Source: a virus
Length of the DNA: 64,000 nt
Direction: 5' to 3' (one strand)
IMG/VR virus record: IMGVR_UViG_3300032287_002972
Span: 1-64,000 of that record
Shown: piece by piece, positions 19,909 through 30,443 of the stretch
How positions within the stretch are numbered: position 1 is the first letter of the stretch
How the letters are laid out: the number at the start of each line of letters is the position of its first letter
The notes under the pieces: model-generated
What the model saw: the letters and a program-made list of their open reading frames with translations, nothing else
Told to the model about the DNA's origin: nothing
Databases searched by the model: none
Position numbers and translations under genes: made by a program

Positions 19909-20795
19909 TGAATAATTTTAAAAATATTTTATTAGAAATGTCTATTGGGACTAAAAGGGAGAGGCTTACTCGAGCAATAAAAAATAGAGTTGTTGTTTCT
20001 TTTTATTATAATGGACCTAAAGGTGAGGTTTTACCAGGAAGAAGAATAAAAGCTGAATTAGTTGCACTTGGTTTAACAAAAAAGGGAAATTTAGTTGCTA
20101 GAGGATGGGTTCAACCACCTTCAGTTTCTAAAAAAGGTTTCGAAAAACATGGATGGAGATTATTCATGTTAAATAGAATGTCAGGTATTCAAATATATGA
20201 AGACGAAGTGTTTAACATTAAAAGACCTAATTTAAATGACAATGGTGATAAATCTTTAAGTGTTGTATATGTTACTTCAGATTGGGGCGGGTTATCTGAA
20301 CCAAAAAAAGATGAAAAAAAATTAGAACCAATATCAAAAACAGAACCCGAAACAGAGCCTGAAACAGAACCCGAAACAGAACCTGAAACAGAACCCGAAA
20401 CAGAACCCGAAACAGAACCCGAAACAGGAACTGTGTTACCTGAACCAAAAAAAGATGAAAAACCAACAATAACACCTGAACCTGAAATTGATTTTAGCAC
20501 TGAGATTTATAATGATTTAAAGAAAAAAATTAAAGATGTTGATGGTAAAAAAATGATATCACCTGATGATTTTAATATTTCTATGGATAATTTACGAAAA
20601 AAGAAAGTAAATGATTGGGCTAAAAGAAAAAAAGAAATTGGTGGTAACACAATACCTGGTGAGGGAACTCGTAGACGAATAGAAAAAGAATCTGAGATTG
20701 AATTATTTAATTTATTAAAAAAAGATAATATAATAGTATCTAGTACACCATTACAAGAATCAATAAAAAGAATAAAGACTTTAATCTTTTTTTAA
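19908..20795 (+). CDS. WYL-domain protein with (TEPE)n linker
   Basis: AIKNRVVVSFYY...RRIKAELVALG...GWRLFMLNRMSGI matches the WYL pattern AI...Y...R...R.F..dRi. No HTH seen. Confidence 0.8.
   Translation: MNNFKNILLEMSIGTKRERLTRAIKNRVVVSFYYNGPKGEVLPGRRIKAELVALGLTKKGNLVARGWVQPPSVSKKGFEKHGWRLFMLNRMSGIQIYEDEVFNIKRPNLNDNGDKSLSVVYVTSDWGGLSEPKKDEKKLEPISKTEPETEPETEPETEPETEPETEPETEPETGTVLPEPKKDEKPTITPEPEIDFSTEIYNDLKKKIKDVDGKKMISPDDFNISMDNLRKKKVNDWAKRKKEIGGNTIPGEGTRRRIEKESEIELFNLLKKDNIIVSSTPLQESIKRIKTLIFF
20340..20427 (+). repeat. 12-bp coding tandem repeat (ACAGAACCCGAA)~7 encoding TEPE
   Basis: Read directly from sequence. Confidence 0.92.
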
Positions 20796-20822
20796 AAATA
20801 ATTATATTATAAAAAAAATACT

Positions 20823-21389
20823 ATGTCAAATAAAGGTACTATTACTGAAAATGAACTAATGATGAAATTAGTCCAAGCCAAAAAAGTGTTAAATAAAGTA
20901 GATAACGGTAATTTTGAGAGAGGACATGTAAATGAAACAATTTTAAGGTCAAATCCGGAAGACGTTGATATGGGTACAATTGAAAAAACACAAACATCAT
21001 CTGTTTCTTCACAAAAAATTATGGAATCTAAACTTCCTGATGCTATTAAAAAAGCAATGATTGATACACCAATACCAAGTATAAGTTTAAATGACTCAAC
21101 AGGATATGATTTTGTTAAAAATACAAAAAAATTAATGGAATCTGAGGGTTTTAAAGTTAATAATACAACAAATAAATCAATACAAAGTAATAATGACGGT
21201 TCATTAATGAAAGAATTAACTCCCTTAATTGAGAATATCGTAAGAAAAACAGTTACTGAAATATTAGACAATAAATTAAATCAAATTTTAACAGCACAAC
21301 AAACTATATCAATTAATGAAAGTTTAGTTTTAAAAGTTGGTGATTCTATATTTAAAGGAAAAATTACGGGAGTAAATAAAAGTAAATAA
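20823..21389 (+). CDS. Hypothetical protein
   Basis: Co-oriented with the operon; IMESKLPDAIKKAMIDTPI motif. Confidence 0.75.
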   Translation: MSNKGTITENELMMKLVQAKKVLNKVDNGNFERGHVNETILRSNPEDVDMGTIEKTQTSSVSSQKIMESKLPDAIKKAMIDTPIPSISLNDSTGYDFVKNTKKLMESEGFKVNNTTNKSIQSNNDGSLMKELTPLIENIVRKTVTEILDNKLNQILTAQQTISINESLVLKVGDSIFKGKITGVNKSK

Positions 21390-21456
21390 AAGTAAATAAT
21401 TTTTTATATTTTTTTTTATAATTTTTTTTCGTATATTTTTATATAATTAATTTTTA

Positions 21457-22677
21457 ATGTCAAAAATAAATATTTTAACAATACCACCAGACGTACACGG
21501 AGTAGGTAAGTACAGAATTTTAGATCCATTTAAATTTATAGGTGATAACTATTCAAATGAATTCCATGTTGATATATTAATGAACGTGGAGGATGATGAT
21601 GAAATTTTTAAAAAATATGATATCGTTGTATTTCATAGTTTCATTCATCAAAATACTCATGAACATAATTTAGAAAGAATTAAAAAATTAAGATCCCAAG
21701 GTATCAAAGTGATAATGGATATTGACGACTATTGGTTAGTCGATATTACACACCCGATGTATGGTCAAATCAAAAAAAATGAAATACCTCGTAAAAAAAT
21801 CGAATTAATGAAAGCTTCTGATTGGGTTACTTGCACAACTAAAACTTTTGCTAATTCCATTAGAACAAAATTAGGTATTAAAAATGTTATGGTTTTTCCA
21901 AACGCTATTGATTCAAATGAACCACAATTTAAATCAACACCAGAAAAATCAGATAAAATTAGATTTGGTTGGTTAGGTGGGTCGACACATTATTATGATG
22001 TTAAACTAATGTCTTCTGGAATTAGTTCTATTTTGGGACAGTATCCAAATACACAGTTTGTGTTATGTGGATTTGATTTAAGAGGTAATGTTACAGAATA
22101 TAATCCACAAACAGGTGAACAAAGAGTTAGACCAATTGAACCAATGGAAACTGTTTGGTATCGTTACGAACAAATTTTTACAGAAAATTATAAGTATGTT
22201 GATGAAGAATATAAAAAATATTTACTATCTTTCGGCCAGAAAGACTATGACACCTCTGAAAAGAGATATCGTAGAGTTTGGACACAACCAGTAAATAAAT
22301 ATGCTATGAATTATAATTTATTTGACGTATCTTTCGCCCCTCTTATAGAAAGTGATTTTAATGCTAATAAATCACAACTAAAAGTGATTGAAGCGGGTTT
22401 TCATAAAAAGGCATTAATTGCTAGTGAAACGTCACCATATACGATTGATTTGGTTAACGCATTTGAATATGGAGGTAAATTTAATAATAAGGGTAATGCT
22501 TTATTGGTATCACATAAAAAAAATCATAAACAATGGGCACAACAAATGAAAAGACTTATTGAAAACCCTAATATGATTGAGGATTTAGGTAATAAACTTT
22601 ATGAAACGGTAAAAGACACATATTCCCTTCAAAAAGTTTCTGAAAATAGGACACAATTTTTTAAATCAATAATCTAG
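21457..22677 (+). CDS. GT-B (GT4-like) glycosyltransferase
   Basis: MDIDDYW, FGWLGGSTH, APL...FN..KSQLKVIEAG. Confidence 0.85.
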   Translation: MSKINILTIPPDVHGVGKYRILDPFKFIGDNYSNEFHVDILMNVEDDDEIFKKYDIVVFHSFIHQNTHEHNLERIKKLRSQGIKVIMDIDDYWLVDITHPMYGQIKKNEIPRKKIELMKASDWVTCTTKTFANSIRTKLGIKNVMVFPNAIDSNEPQFKSTPEKSDKIRFGWLGGSTHYYDVKLMSSGISSILGQYPNTQFVLCGFDLRGNVTEYNPQTGEQRVRPIEPMETVWYRYEQIFTENYKYVDEEYKKYLLSFGQKDYDTSEKRYRRVWTQPVNKYAMNYNLFDVSFAPLIESDFNANKSQLKVIEAGFHKKALIASETSPYTIDLVNAFEYGGKFNNKGNALLVSHKKNHKQWAQQMKRLIENPNMIEDLGNKLYETVKDTYSLQKVSENRTQFFKSII

Positions 22678-22681
22678 AAAA

Positions 22682-22918
22682 ATGCATTATTTAGTAACTG
22701 TAGGTTATGAGTTAGAACAACTCGACCGAAATGGAAATCCAAGGCTTCAAAAAGTAAAGTACGTTATTGAAGCAGATTCAGTTGAAGAAGCAACATTAGT
22801 TGTTTCAAAATATCGTTCTGACGATGTTCGTTCAAGTGAAAGTTTATCAATTGTTAAATTACAAATTGACTGTGTAATTGATAGACAAAATACACCACAA
22901 TATTACAAAACAATTTAA
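22682..22918 (+). CDS. DUF4494-like small protein
   Basis: KVKYVIEADSVEEA resembles the Bacteroidota DUF4494 motif Y-x-V-x-A-x-S-x-x-E-A. Confidence 0.55.
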   Translation: MHYLVTVGYELEQLDRNGNPRLQKVKYVIEADSVEEATLVVSKYRSDDVRSSESLSIVKLQIDCVIDRQNTPQYYKTI

Positions 22919-22928
22919 AAAAAAGAAA

Positions 22929-23153
22929 ATGGAATTTTTTAGTCGTGAACTTCAGATTTTAAGACAATCACAAAGTAAAATGGTTGTAGAATATTTAAAT
23001 TCTTTACAAGTAAAAGTGACTGTAGAGGAATTACAAAAAATTACTGATGTTTTTGTTGAATGTTGTATAAGACCACAAGATGATGATTTGAAAGAAAGAA
23101 TAAAAAAATTAGATAAATGGTTGGAAACTAAAAAGAATAAAACAAATGGATAA
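22929..23153 (+). CDS. Hypothetical protein
   Basis: ATG at 22929 after an A-rich leader; ORF track start is upstream. Confidence 0.65.
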   Translation: MEFFSRELQILRQSQSKMVVEYLNSLQVKVTVEELQKITDVFVECCIRPQDDDLKERIKKLDKWLETKKNKTNG

Positions 23154-23730
23154 AAATAATATTGATGATTATGTTAACAGATTACGAGAAATTGAAAATT
23201 ATTTAGAATCCGATGATGTTGATCTTTCACTTATAAGTGATTTAAATAAAGTATTATTGGCAATTGATAATGATATTCAAAATAACGCAATGAATGTTAA
23301 TTCTTCATTAAAAATTAGATTAAAAAAAATAAATCCAAATGCCGTAACCCCGTCTTATTCTAAAGACGGGGATGCGGGAATGGACTTAACGTCAGTTACA
23401 ATTATTTCTAATACATTTGACCAAATAACATATGGTACAGGTATATGTTTAGAAATACCAAGAGATTACGTTGGTTTAGTTTTTCCTAGATCATCCATTA
23501 GAAAATATGATTTAGAATTGTCTAATTCAGTGGGTGTTATTGATAGTGGTTATAGAGGAGAAATACAATTAACATTTAATAAGATTAATACTAAACATGA
23601 TATTTATAATATAGGTGATAGAATCGGTCAAATTATGATTATACCTTATCCTAATATTAATTTTATTGAATCTGATGATTTAACAATAACAGAGAGAGGT
23701 GATGGCGGTTTTGGGTCATCTGGATTATAA
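23146..23730 (+). CDS. dut: Trimeric dUTPase
   Basis: All five motifs present: AGMDL, PRSS, GVIDSGYRGEI, GDRIGQ, RGDGGFGSSG. Confidence 0.97.
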   Translation: MDKNNIDDYVNRLREIENYLESDDVDLSLISDLNKVLLAIDNDIQNNAMNVNSSLKIRLKKINPNAVTPSYSKDGDAGMDLTSVTIISNTFDQITYGTGICLEIPRDYVGLVFPRSSIRKYDLELSNSVGVIDSGYRGEIQLTFNKINTKHDIYNIGDRIGQIMIIPYPNINFIESDDLTITERGDGGFGSSGL

Positions 23731-23751
23731 ATTTTAATAAAAAAAAACAAA

Positions 23752-24465
23752 TTGAAAAAAACACAATTAAATTCAGAAAACAATATTGATAATAAAACAC
23801 CTAAGAAAGAAAGAATTAGGCAAATAATAAAAGAACCGAAAGAAAAATTTTTAACAACTAATCAAGAAGAATATTGGAAAATTTTAGGTGGAAACGAAAT
23901 TACTCTATGTTTTGGTCCTGCCGGTGTTGGTAAGTCATATATTGCTATGAAAAAAGCGGTAACTTTATTATGGGACGATACAAATAAGTATGAAAAAATA
24001 ATCATAGTAAGGCCAGCGGTAGAAGCTGAAGAAAAATTGGGTTCTTTACCTGGAAACTTAGAAGAAAAACTTGACCCATATATTTATCCATCTTATTATT
24101 TATTGAATAAAATTATTGGTAAAGAATGTAGAGAAAAATTAAAACAAGAAGGTTTTATTGAAGTTGTTGCACTTGCATATATGAGAGGGTGGAATGTTGA
24201 TAATTCTATATTAATATTTGAAGAAGCACAAAATACTACTCCATCTCAAATGAAATTATTACTGACAAGAATTGGGTATAATTCTAAATTTTTTATTTCA
24301 GGTGATTTAGAACAATCTGATAGGTTTAAAGATAAAACTAAAACGGGTCTATATGACGCTAAAGTAAGGTTAGAAAATATTAGAAATGTTGGTTTTTTTG
24401 AATTTGATACAAAAGATATTGTACGTAATCCAATAATTGGTGAAATATTAAAAAGATACGATTAA
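23752..24465 (+). CDS. phoH: PhoH-family ATPase
   Basis: GPAGVGKS, RPAVEA..LGSLPG..EKLDPY, AYMRG, EEAQN, GDLEQSD, DIVRNP. Confidence 0.96.
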   Translation: MKKTQLNSENNIDNKTPKKERIRQIIKEPKEKFLTTNQEEYWKILGGNEITLCFGPAGVGKSYIAMKKAVTLLWDDTNKYEKIIIVRPAVEAEEKLGSLPGNLEEKLDPYIYPSYYLLNKIIGKECREKLKQEGFIEVVALAYMRGWNVDNSILIFEEAQNTTPSQMKLLLTRIGYNSKFFISGDLEQSDRFKDKTKTGLYDAKVRLENIRNVGFFEFDTKDIVRNPIIGEILKRYD

Positions 24466-24503
24466 AACTTTATTAATCAATTTTTTTGTATTATATTTTA
24501 AAT

Positions 24504-25154
24504 ATGAAAATATTTTTAAGTATAGATGGTGTTTTAAGAAACACAATACAAAAGTTTGATTATCATTATAGAGATTATTTTCTAAATACTGAAACTGATA
24601 GTGATGATACTTTTGAATATGGTATGGTTAATCCAGTTCATAGTGAAAACATTATTGATTCATATAAGTTTCAATCATATGATGAATTTATTAAATTTAC
24701 CTATTTTGATTTTCCTGTAGAGATTTATGGTCATGCTGGCTTAAGTTATCATCAAGTTTGTACCGAACTAAATTCATTAATTTTTGAAAACCCTAATGTT
24801 AATATCACATTAGTTGGACATAGTGAAAAAGGTAAAGGTAAACCTGCTACACTTTTTTTCCTTTCAAAAAATGGTGTCATGTCTGATTCTATAAGATTTG
24901 TTTCGTTAGATAATTTAAATAAATTATGGAAAGAATGTGATTTATGGATTACGGATAATAAACTAATTATAGACTCATGTCCAAGAAATAAAAAGGTAAT
25001 AAAATTTAATACATCGTTTAATAATCACTTTACAAATACATTAGAAATAAATAAATTATCTGAAATTAAAAAAGAATGCTTGAAATCTTCGGAAAAAACT
25101 ATTACATCGACATTGATGGGATTACTTCAAAATGTCAAATCGAAAATCCTATAA
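24504..25154 (+). CDS. HAD-fold 5'-nucleotidase-like protein with degenerate motif I
   Basis: IFLSIDGVLRN where DxDGVL is expected; C-terminal DLWITDN. Confidence 0.6.
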   Translation: MKIFLSIDGVLRNTIQKFDYHYRDYFLNTETDSDDTFEYGMVNPVHSENIIDSYKFQSYDEFIKFTYFDFPVEIYGHAGLSYHQVCTELNSLIFENPNVNITLVGHSEKGKGKPATLFFLSKNGVMSDSIRFVSLDNLNKLWKECDLWITDNKLIIDSCPRNKKVIKFNTSFNNHFTNTLEINKLSEIKKECLKSSEKTITSTLMGLLQNVKSKIL

Positions 25155-25363
25155 AGAAAGAAGAGGATTTAGATACAATGGAAATTAATATTTTTAAATA
25201 TGAAACCATAAAAATGTGTCTAGAAAGATTATTAAATGAATTTGTAGATGCGGATGATGATATGGTGCCGTTTTCACAAAATGAAGTTTCCGTATCGTTT
25301 AAAATTGCGTTTAATACACTAATAAAGTATAAAATATTAATGGAAGAAGAAGAATATGAATAA
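25076..25363 (+). CDS. Hypothetical protein
   Basis: Stop overlaps the next gene's start; C-terminal SFKIAFNTLIKYKIL. Confidence 0.65.
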   Translation: MLEIFGKNYYIDIDGITSKCQIENPIKKEEDLDTMEINIFKYETIKMCLERLLNEFVDADDDMVPFSQNEVSVSFKIAFNTLIKYKILMEEEEYE

Positions 25364-26420
25364 AGAAAACATTGAAAAATTACAAGATTCGTTAAAAAAA
25401 ATAACATCAAATGAACATGTTATTTATTTTTTAACTTATGATACTAAAAACAATCCTAGAGCATCAGTTAAATATATTTATGACATTGCTTTAACGTTAA
25501 AGAAAAATGGTTTTAATTCTAAAATTTTAGTAGAAGATAAAACATATCAAGGCGTACAATCATGGTTAGGTGATGAATATGATGTATTGGATGTTGTTAC
25601 AATAAAAGAAGATAGAGTTGAGATAAATATTGAAGATATTGTGGTAGTGCCGGAATATTATTCTAATATATTAGAAAATCTTTCTAATATTAAATGTACT
25701 AAAGTTATGTTAGTACAACAAAAAGAATATATATATGAAACACTACCTATTGGTAGTCGTTGGATTAATTTTGGTTTTGATAAAGTTATCACAACAACAG
25801 AGTTATCAAAAAAATATATAAATGAATATTTCAAAGATACAAATGTGTTTATTATTCCTCCTATTATAGGTGATAATTTTAAACCGAACGATAAATCACC
25901 AAATCCAACCATTTCAATTTTTTGTAAGGATAGAACAATTAATAAAAAAATTATATCCGAATTTTATTTAAAATACCCACAACTTAGATGGGTTAACTTT
26001 AAAGATATGAATCAATTATCTTATGACGATTTTTCTGATTCATTAAAAAATTCATTTGTATCTGTTTGGATTGATGATGATTCTACATTTGGTACATTTC
26101 CATTAGAATCAATGAAATGTGGTGTTCCTGTTATTGGTAAAATCCCAAAAAATGAACCTGATTGGTTAGATGAAAATGGAATGTGGACATATGATGAAAA
26201 TAAAATTACCGAAATTTTAGGTAAATATGTTATGGCGTGGATAGAAGGTATTGAATTAACAGATGATGTTAAACAAAAAATGAAAGATACGTTATTACCA
26301 TATGATAAAGAAATTACCGAAAAAAATATCATAGTTATTTTTGATTTATTTAAAACAAATAGAATTACTATGATAGAAAAGGCATTAGAGAAATTAAATA
26401 ACGAAGAAACAAAAGTATGA
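25356..26420 (+). CDS. GT-B glycosyltransferase
   Basis: VVVPE; FGTFPLESMKCGVPVIG (E-x7 family motif). Confidence 0.8.
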   Translation: MNKENIEKLQDSLKKITSNEHVIYFLTYDTKNNPRASVKYIYDIALTLKKNGFNSKILVEDKTYQGVQSWLGDEYDVLDVVTIKEDRVEINIEDIVVVPEYYSNILENLSNIKCTKVMLVQQKEYIYETLPIGSRWINFGFDKVITTTELSKKYINEYFKDTNVFIIPPIIGDNFKPNDKSPNPTISIFCKDRTINKKIISEFYLKYPQLRWVNFKDMNQLSYDDFSDSLKNSFVSVWIDDDSTFGTFPLESMKCGVPVIGKIPKNEPDWLDENGMWTYDENKITEILGKYVMAWIEGIELTDDVKQKMKDTLLPYDKEITEKNIIVIFDLFKTNRITMIEKALEKLNNEETKV

Positions 26421-27199
26421 AAAATATAACAATTATTTTACCAATTCATGAATGGAATGAAGATTATAAATTAATGTTTGAAAATTCAGTAAAATCTGTC
26501 GAAGAATTTTATAATGATGTCAAATTAATTATTGTTGGACCTAAAAATGTTACATCAAATATTAACATTATTTCAGATAAATTAGAATCTAAAATATTAA
26601 TAAATGATGGTAATAGTGATTTTTGTAGTCAAATAAATTTAGGAATTGATAATTGTGACACTGAATGGTTTTCAATACTCGAAATTGACGATGAATATAG
26701 ACCATCTTGGTTAAAATTAATGAATACATATACTAAAGAAAATCCTAAAGTTGATGTATTTTTACCTATAGTTAGAGATATCAATGTTGAAGGAAACTTT
26801 TTAAGTTTTACCAATGAAGCGACTTGGGCCTATGGGTTTTCTGAAAAACAAGGGTTATTAGATAATGAGGCTCTTTTAGAATATCAAAATTTTCAAATTA
26901 GTGGTGCTCTATATAGAACATCCGTTATTAAAGAATACGGTAAGTTAAAAGAAAATATAAAATTAACTTTTGGGTATGAGTTTTTATTAAGATTAACACA
27001 TAATAATGTAGGTATTATGACAATACCTAAAATAGGATATCAACACGTAAATTTTAGAGAAAATTCATTATTTTGGTCATATAAAAATGATGACAAATTT
27101 AAAATATCAGAAGAAGAAGTTAAATTCTGGTTAGAGACTGCAAAGAAAGAATTCTTTTTTAAAAATAAACGAGATATAATAAATTATGTAAAAAATTAA
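26417..27199 (+). CDS. GT2-family glycosyltransferase
   Basis: ITIILPIH, INLGI..CDTEWFSILEIDD. Confidence 0.82.
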   Translation: MKNITIILPIHEWNEDYKLMFENSVKSVEEFYNDVKLIIVGPKNVTSNINIISDKLESKILINDGNSDFCSQINLGIDNCDTEWFSILEIDDEYRPSWLKLMNTYTKENPKVDVFLPIVRDINVEGNFLSFTNEATWAYGFSEKQGLLDNEALLEYQNFQISGALYRTSVIKEYGKLKENIKLTFGYEFLLRLTHNNVGIMTIPKIGYQHVNFRENSLFWSYKNDDKFKISEEEVKFWLETAKKEFFFKNKRDIINYVKN

Positions 27200-27201
27200 T
27201 A

Positions 27202-27900
27202 ATGCCCCGTAAGAGAACCCAAAAAGTATATTTTGGGGAGGACCAAGAAAAAGCGGTGGTGAGATATTTAGAATCCGAATCCGAAACAGAAAAGAATAAG
27301 ATATTCAATGAATATTTAAAAGAACCTCTCATTATAATGGTTGAATCCATTATTCGAAGATATAAACTATATCGAAAAGATTTAGATTTTTCAGATATAC
27401 ATAGTGATACTATGTCTTTTCTGATTACTAAAATTAATAAATTCGACCATACTAAAAACCATAAAGCTTATTCTTATTTTGGTACCATTTGTAAAAATTA
27501 TTTAATGGGATCAATACAAAAAGATGCAAAAGAAACCAATAGAAACGTTTCATATGAAGACATATCTTCAGATATTGAAGAAAATTTTGAATATTCATAC
27601 ACAATAGATGATACTTTAATTGATTATCAGGATCTTATAGTAAAATTTACAATAAGGATGGAAAGTTTTATTGAAAATGAAGACTTAAATGAAAATGAAG
27701 AAAAATTAGGTTATGCTCTTTTAGAAATTTTTTCAAATTTTGAAAAAATATTTCAAGTAGGTGATGGTAATAAATTTAATAAAAATTTAATATTATTATC
27801 ACTACGAGAAATGACATCACTTTCAACTAAAGAAATTAGAATTTCTATGAAAAAATATAAAAAACTTTATAAAGGAATATTATTTAATTTCATAAATTAA
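27202..27900 (+). CDS. Sigma-factor-like late transcription protein (gp55-like)
   Basis: Sigma region 2 pattern: FSDIHSDTMSFLITKINKFD..K.HKAYSYFGTICKNYL. Confidence 0.72.
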   Translation: MPRKRTQKVYFGEDQEKAVVRYLESESETEKNKIFNEYLKEPLIIMVESIIRRYKLYRKDLDFSDIHSDTMSFLITKINKFDHTKNHKAYSYFGTICKNYLMGSIQKDAKETNRNVSYEDISSDIEENFEYSYTIDDTLIDYQDLIVKFTIRMESFIENEDLNENEEKLGYALLEIFSNFEKIFQVGDGNKFNKNLILLSLREMTSLSTKEIRISMKKYKKLYKGILFNFIN

Positions 27901-27921
27901 ATAATATATATTTATTATATT

Positions 27922-28299
27922 ATGAGAAACAAAAAAAATTTTATATCCCTCGATACTGATTCTGCATTAGCATTAATGCAAGAAATTTACAATGATATTG
28001 TTGAACAAAAAAATACTGCATCAATGATAACTAAAAAAATGTTAACTTTTATGAAAGATTCTGAAGACATGAGTGTAATTGGTCCTGTAATAAAAGAACA
28101 ACAAAAAATTTTAAATGATTGTACCGAGAAGAAAATTTCTTTAGTTAAATTACAAAGTGCGTTATTAAAACAAACACAGGGAACAGGTTCTAACACAAAT
28201 ATGGGTAAACTACAATTAACCGAAGAAGATAAATTATTATTAGAAAAATTAATGAATGAACCTGATAATGAAACAAATTCAGGAATTTATAAATTATAA
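27922..28299 (+). CDS. Hypothetical coiled-coil protein
   Basis: ORF with TATTTAT 6 nt upstream (27909-27915). Confidence 0.7.
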   Translation: MRNKKNFISLDTDSALALMQEIYNDIVEQKNTASMITKKMLTFMKDSEDMSVIGPVIKEQQKILNDCTEKKISLVKLQSALLKQTQGTGSNTNMGKLQLTEEDKLLLEKLMNEPDNETNSGIYKL

Positions 28300-30242
28300 T
28301 GAGTAAACTAAGAAACACTAAAAATTCTTTATTATCTTTAATTGAAGGGATAAAAAAAATAAATGATGACCCTAAAGGTTTTTCAAGTTCATATGAGAAT
28401 AAATATTTAAAAAACATCCCATCCACTAATGATTTTGTGGGTAAAAAACTTGATACGCTTAAACAAAAGAGAAACCAAAAAAAAGAGAATAAAAAAGATA
28501 TTTTTAACGAAATAATAGAAATTGTAGAACAATTTTTAAGTGTCGATAAAAAAACAAAAGAATCTGAAACAGTAAAAAATGGTTCAACTGTAAATTCAGA
28601 AAAAAATAGTACGAAAAAAAAAATCAATAGACATGCTATAACCGCATGTGAAAAAGTTTTAGGTTCAGCGAAAGAAATAGTGATAAAAAGATTATCTGAA
28701 TCTTTGTTTATTGGCGATGGGATATGTGGAACTAATAGTTCAATTACTGGGGATACAATTAATTTAAGACCAGAAGAGTTTGATTTATTAGATATGTTAA
28801 CTATCGATCCAGAAACATCATTAGGTCAAATTATATATGAACCAAAATCACCACAAAGAAATAAACAAAAAACAAATAGAGAATTGTACACTATTTTTAG
28901 TGGTGGTACATATGATTTTGTTTCCAACAATAATAATACATTATTTAAAACCAGTTGGAATGTATCAAATCAACAATATCAATTTTCAGGTTTAACACAA
29001 GGTAATGGTTCAGGTATTAAAGTGGTGGATTTTATTTCAGATTATTATTCATCAATTGAATTTCCTGAAATAAATGATATTATTAAAACTGGTATGTTAT
29101 TAACAATTCAGGGCGGTAAAAATAGTGGAAAAACTATTCAATTTGATAAATCATTAAATCTTATAGATAGATTATTAAAAAAATTATTATCTGTTTGTGG
29201 GTCAGACAGTAAAAAAGATGAATTGAAAAATCAAAACGCTGTTGATATGTTTGATGAAAGTGAAGAAGATATCGAATCTTATTTTGATTTTGACGATGTG
29301 GAAGGTATAGATTTAGATGATGAAAATTTAAGATATAGAAGTGTTTTAAAGTTTAAAGATTGTTACAATTTTGAAATGGATGTGGATGATACACATCTTG
29401 AAGATTTTGTTTATTTAATTAAAAATAAACAAGGAAAAAAGGTAATTGATGATGTTTTAACAAAAGTTGCAACTGATGCGAGTGAACAATCAAACGGTTC
29501 ATTAAAAATACCTGATTTATTTTCTAATCTAATAAATAATTTTATTCTGAATTTACCTAAGGCATTAATAATGTCTGTTTTATCTGCAAAAATATTTTTA
29601 CCTTTAATTATTTTATATAAATATTTTAAAACCTTATCATTAAATACTATAATTAATATTAAAGACTTAATGAAAAAATTCCATAAGGCGATTTATAATA
29701 TAGTAAAAGATTTGTTTTGGTTATTTATAAATGAATTTTGGAGATTAATTAAAATAGATTTAATTGCGTTTGTAACTAAATTAGTTAAAAAAATCATTAA
29801 AGAAAAATATAAAAGATATGTTTTAATTGTAACTTCACTAATAAATATAATAAAAAATATTCAGCAAACTAATATTGATAATTGTTTTAGTATTTTTGAA
29901 ATAATATTAAAAACAATTAATGGTGCAATTAACATGAAAGGACCAATATTCATTCCATCTGTTTTATTGTTCAATTCAGATTTAAGTCCTGGGTATAGTA
30001 AAGAACGTTCATTTTTAAGTATTGTAGAAAAAATGACAGCGTTGGGAGTTAACACTGCACCTATCTATGGTGAAGATAATAAATTATTAACAACAATTAA
30101 ATCAATTATTGACGGACACATAGAAGAAGAAGATACTAATTCTTTTGTGAAGATTGTTTTAAAGGGGGGTTATATTCCCGGACCTTTAGGTGGGTCAGTA
30201 ATTCCACCTGGAGTAATTGTTGGTGTTGGAAAAAAAGTTTAA
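28299..30242 (+). CDS. Hypothetical protein, probably baseplate/virion-associated
   Basis: 647-aa ORF in the same operon as the gp5-like gene. Confidence 0.7.
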   Translation: MSKLRNTKNSLLSLIEGIKKINDDPKGFSSSYENKYLKNIPSTNDFVGKKLDTLKQKRNQKKENKKDIFNEIIEIVEQFLSVDKKTKESETVKNGSTVNSEKNSTKKKINRHAITACEKVLGSAKEIVIKRLSESLFIGDGICGTNSSITGDTINLRPEEFDLLDMLTIDPETSLGQIIYEPKSPQRNKQKTNRELYTIFSGGTYDFVSNNNNTLFKTSWNVSNQQYQFSGLTQGNGSGIKVVDFISDYYSSIEFPEINDIIKTGMLLTIQGGKNSGKTIQFDKSLNLIDRLLKKLLSVCGSDSKKDELKNQNAVDMFDESEEDIESYFDFDDVEGIDLDDENLRYRSVLKFKDCYNFEMDVDDTHLEDFVYLIKNKQGKKVIDDVLTKVATDASEQSNGSLKIPDLFSNLINNFILNLPKALIMSVLSAKIFLPLIILYKYFKTLSLNTIINIKDLMKKFHKAIYNIVKDLFWLFINEFWRLIKIDLIAFVTKLVKKIIKEKYKRYVLIVTSLINIIKNIQQTNIDNCFSIFEIILKTINGAINMKGPIFIPSVLLFNSDLSPGYSKERSFLSIVEKMTALGVNTAPIYGEDNKLLTTIKSIIDGHIEEEDTNSFVKIVLKGGYIPGPLGGSVIPPGVIVGVGKKV

Positions 30243-30443
30243 ATGGAAAAAGATAAAATTTTAGAAATCATTAATGACGTTAAAAATAAATCTAATAAAG
30301 ACTTATTGGAATGTGAAGAAGTTCTTTTTAATGAATATGAAAAGACAAAAGAAATAGTTATTGAATTAACTAATCATATGGATACAATAGAAGAAATGCA
30401 TTATAAAATTTCTACTGAAATAGAAAAAAGAAAGAACACATGA
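30243..30443 (+). CDS. Hypothetical coiled-coil protein
   Basis: Short ORF coupled to both neighbours. Confidence 0.65.
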   Translation: MEKDKILEIINDVKNKSNKDLLECEEVLFNEYEKTKEIVIELTNHMDTIEEMHYKISTEIEKRKNT

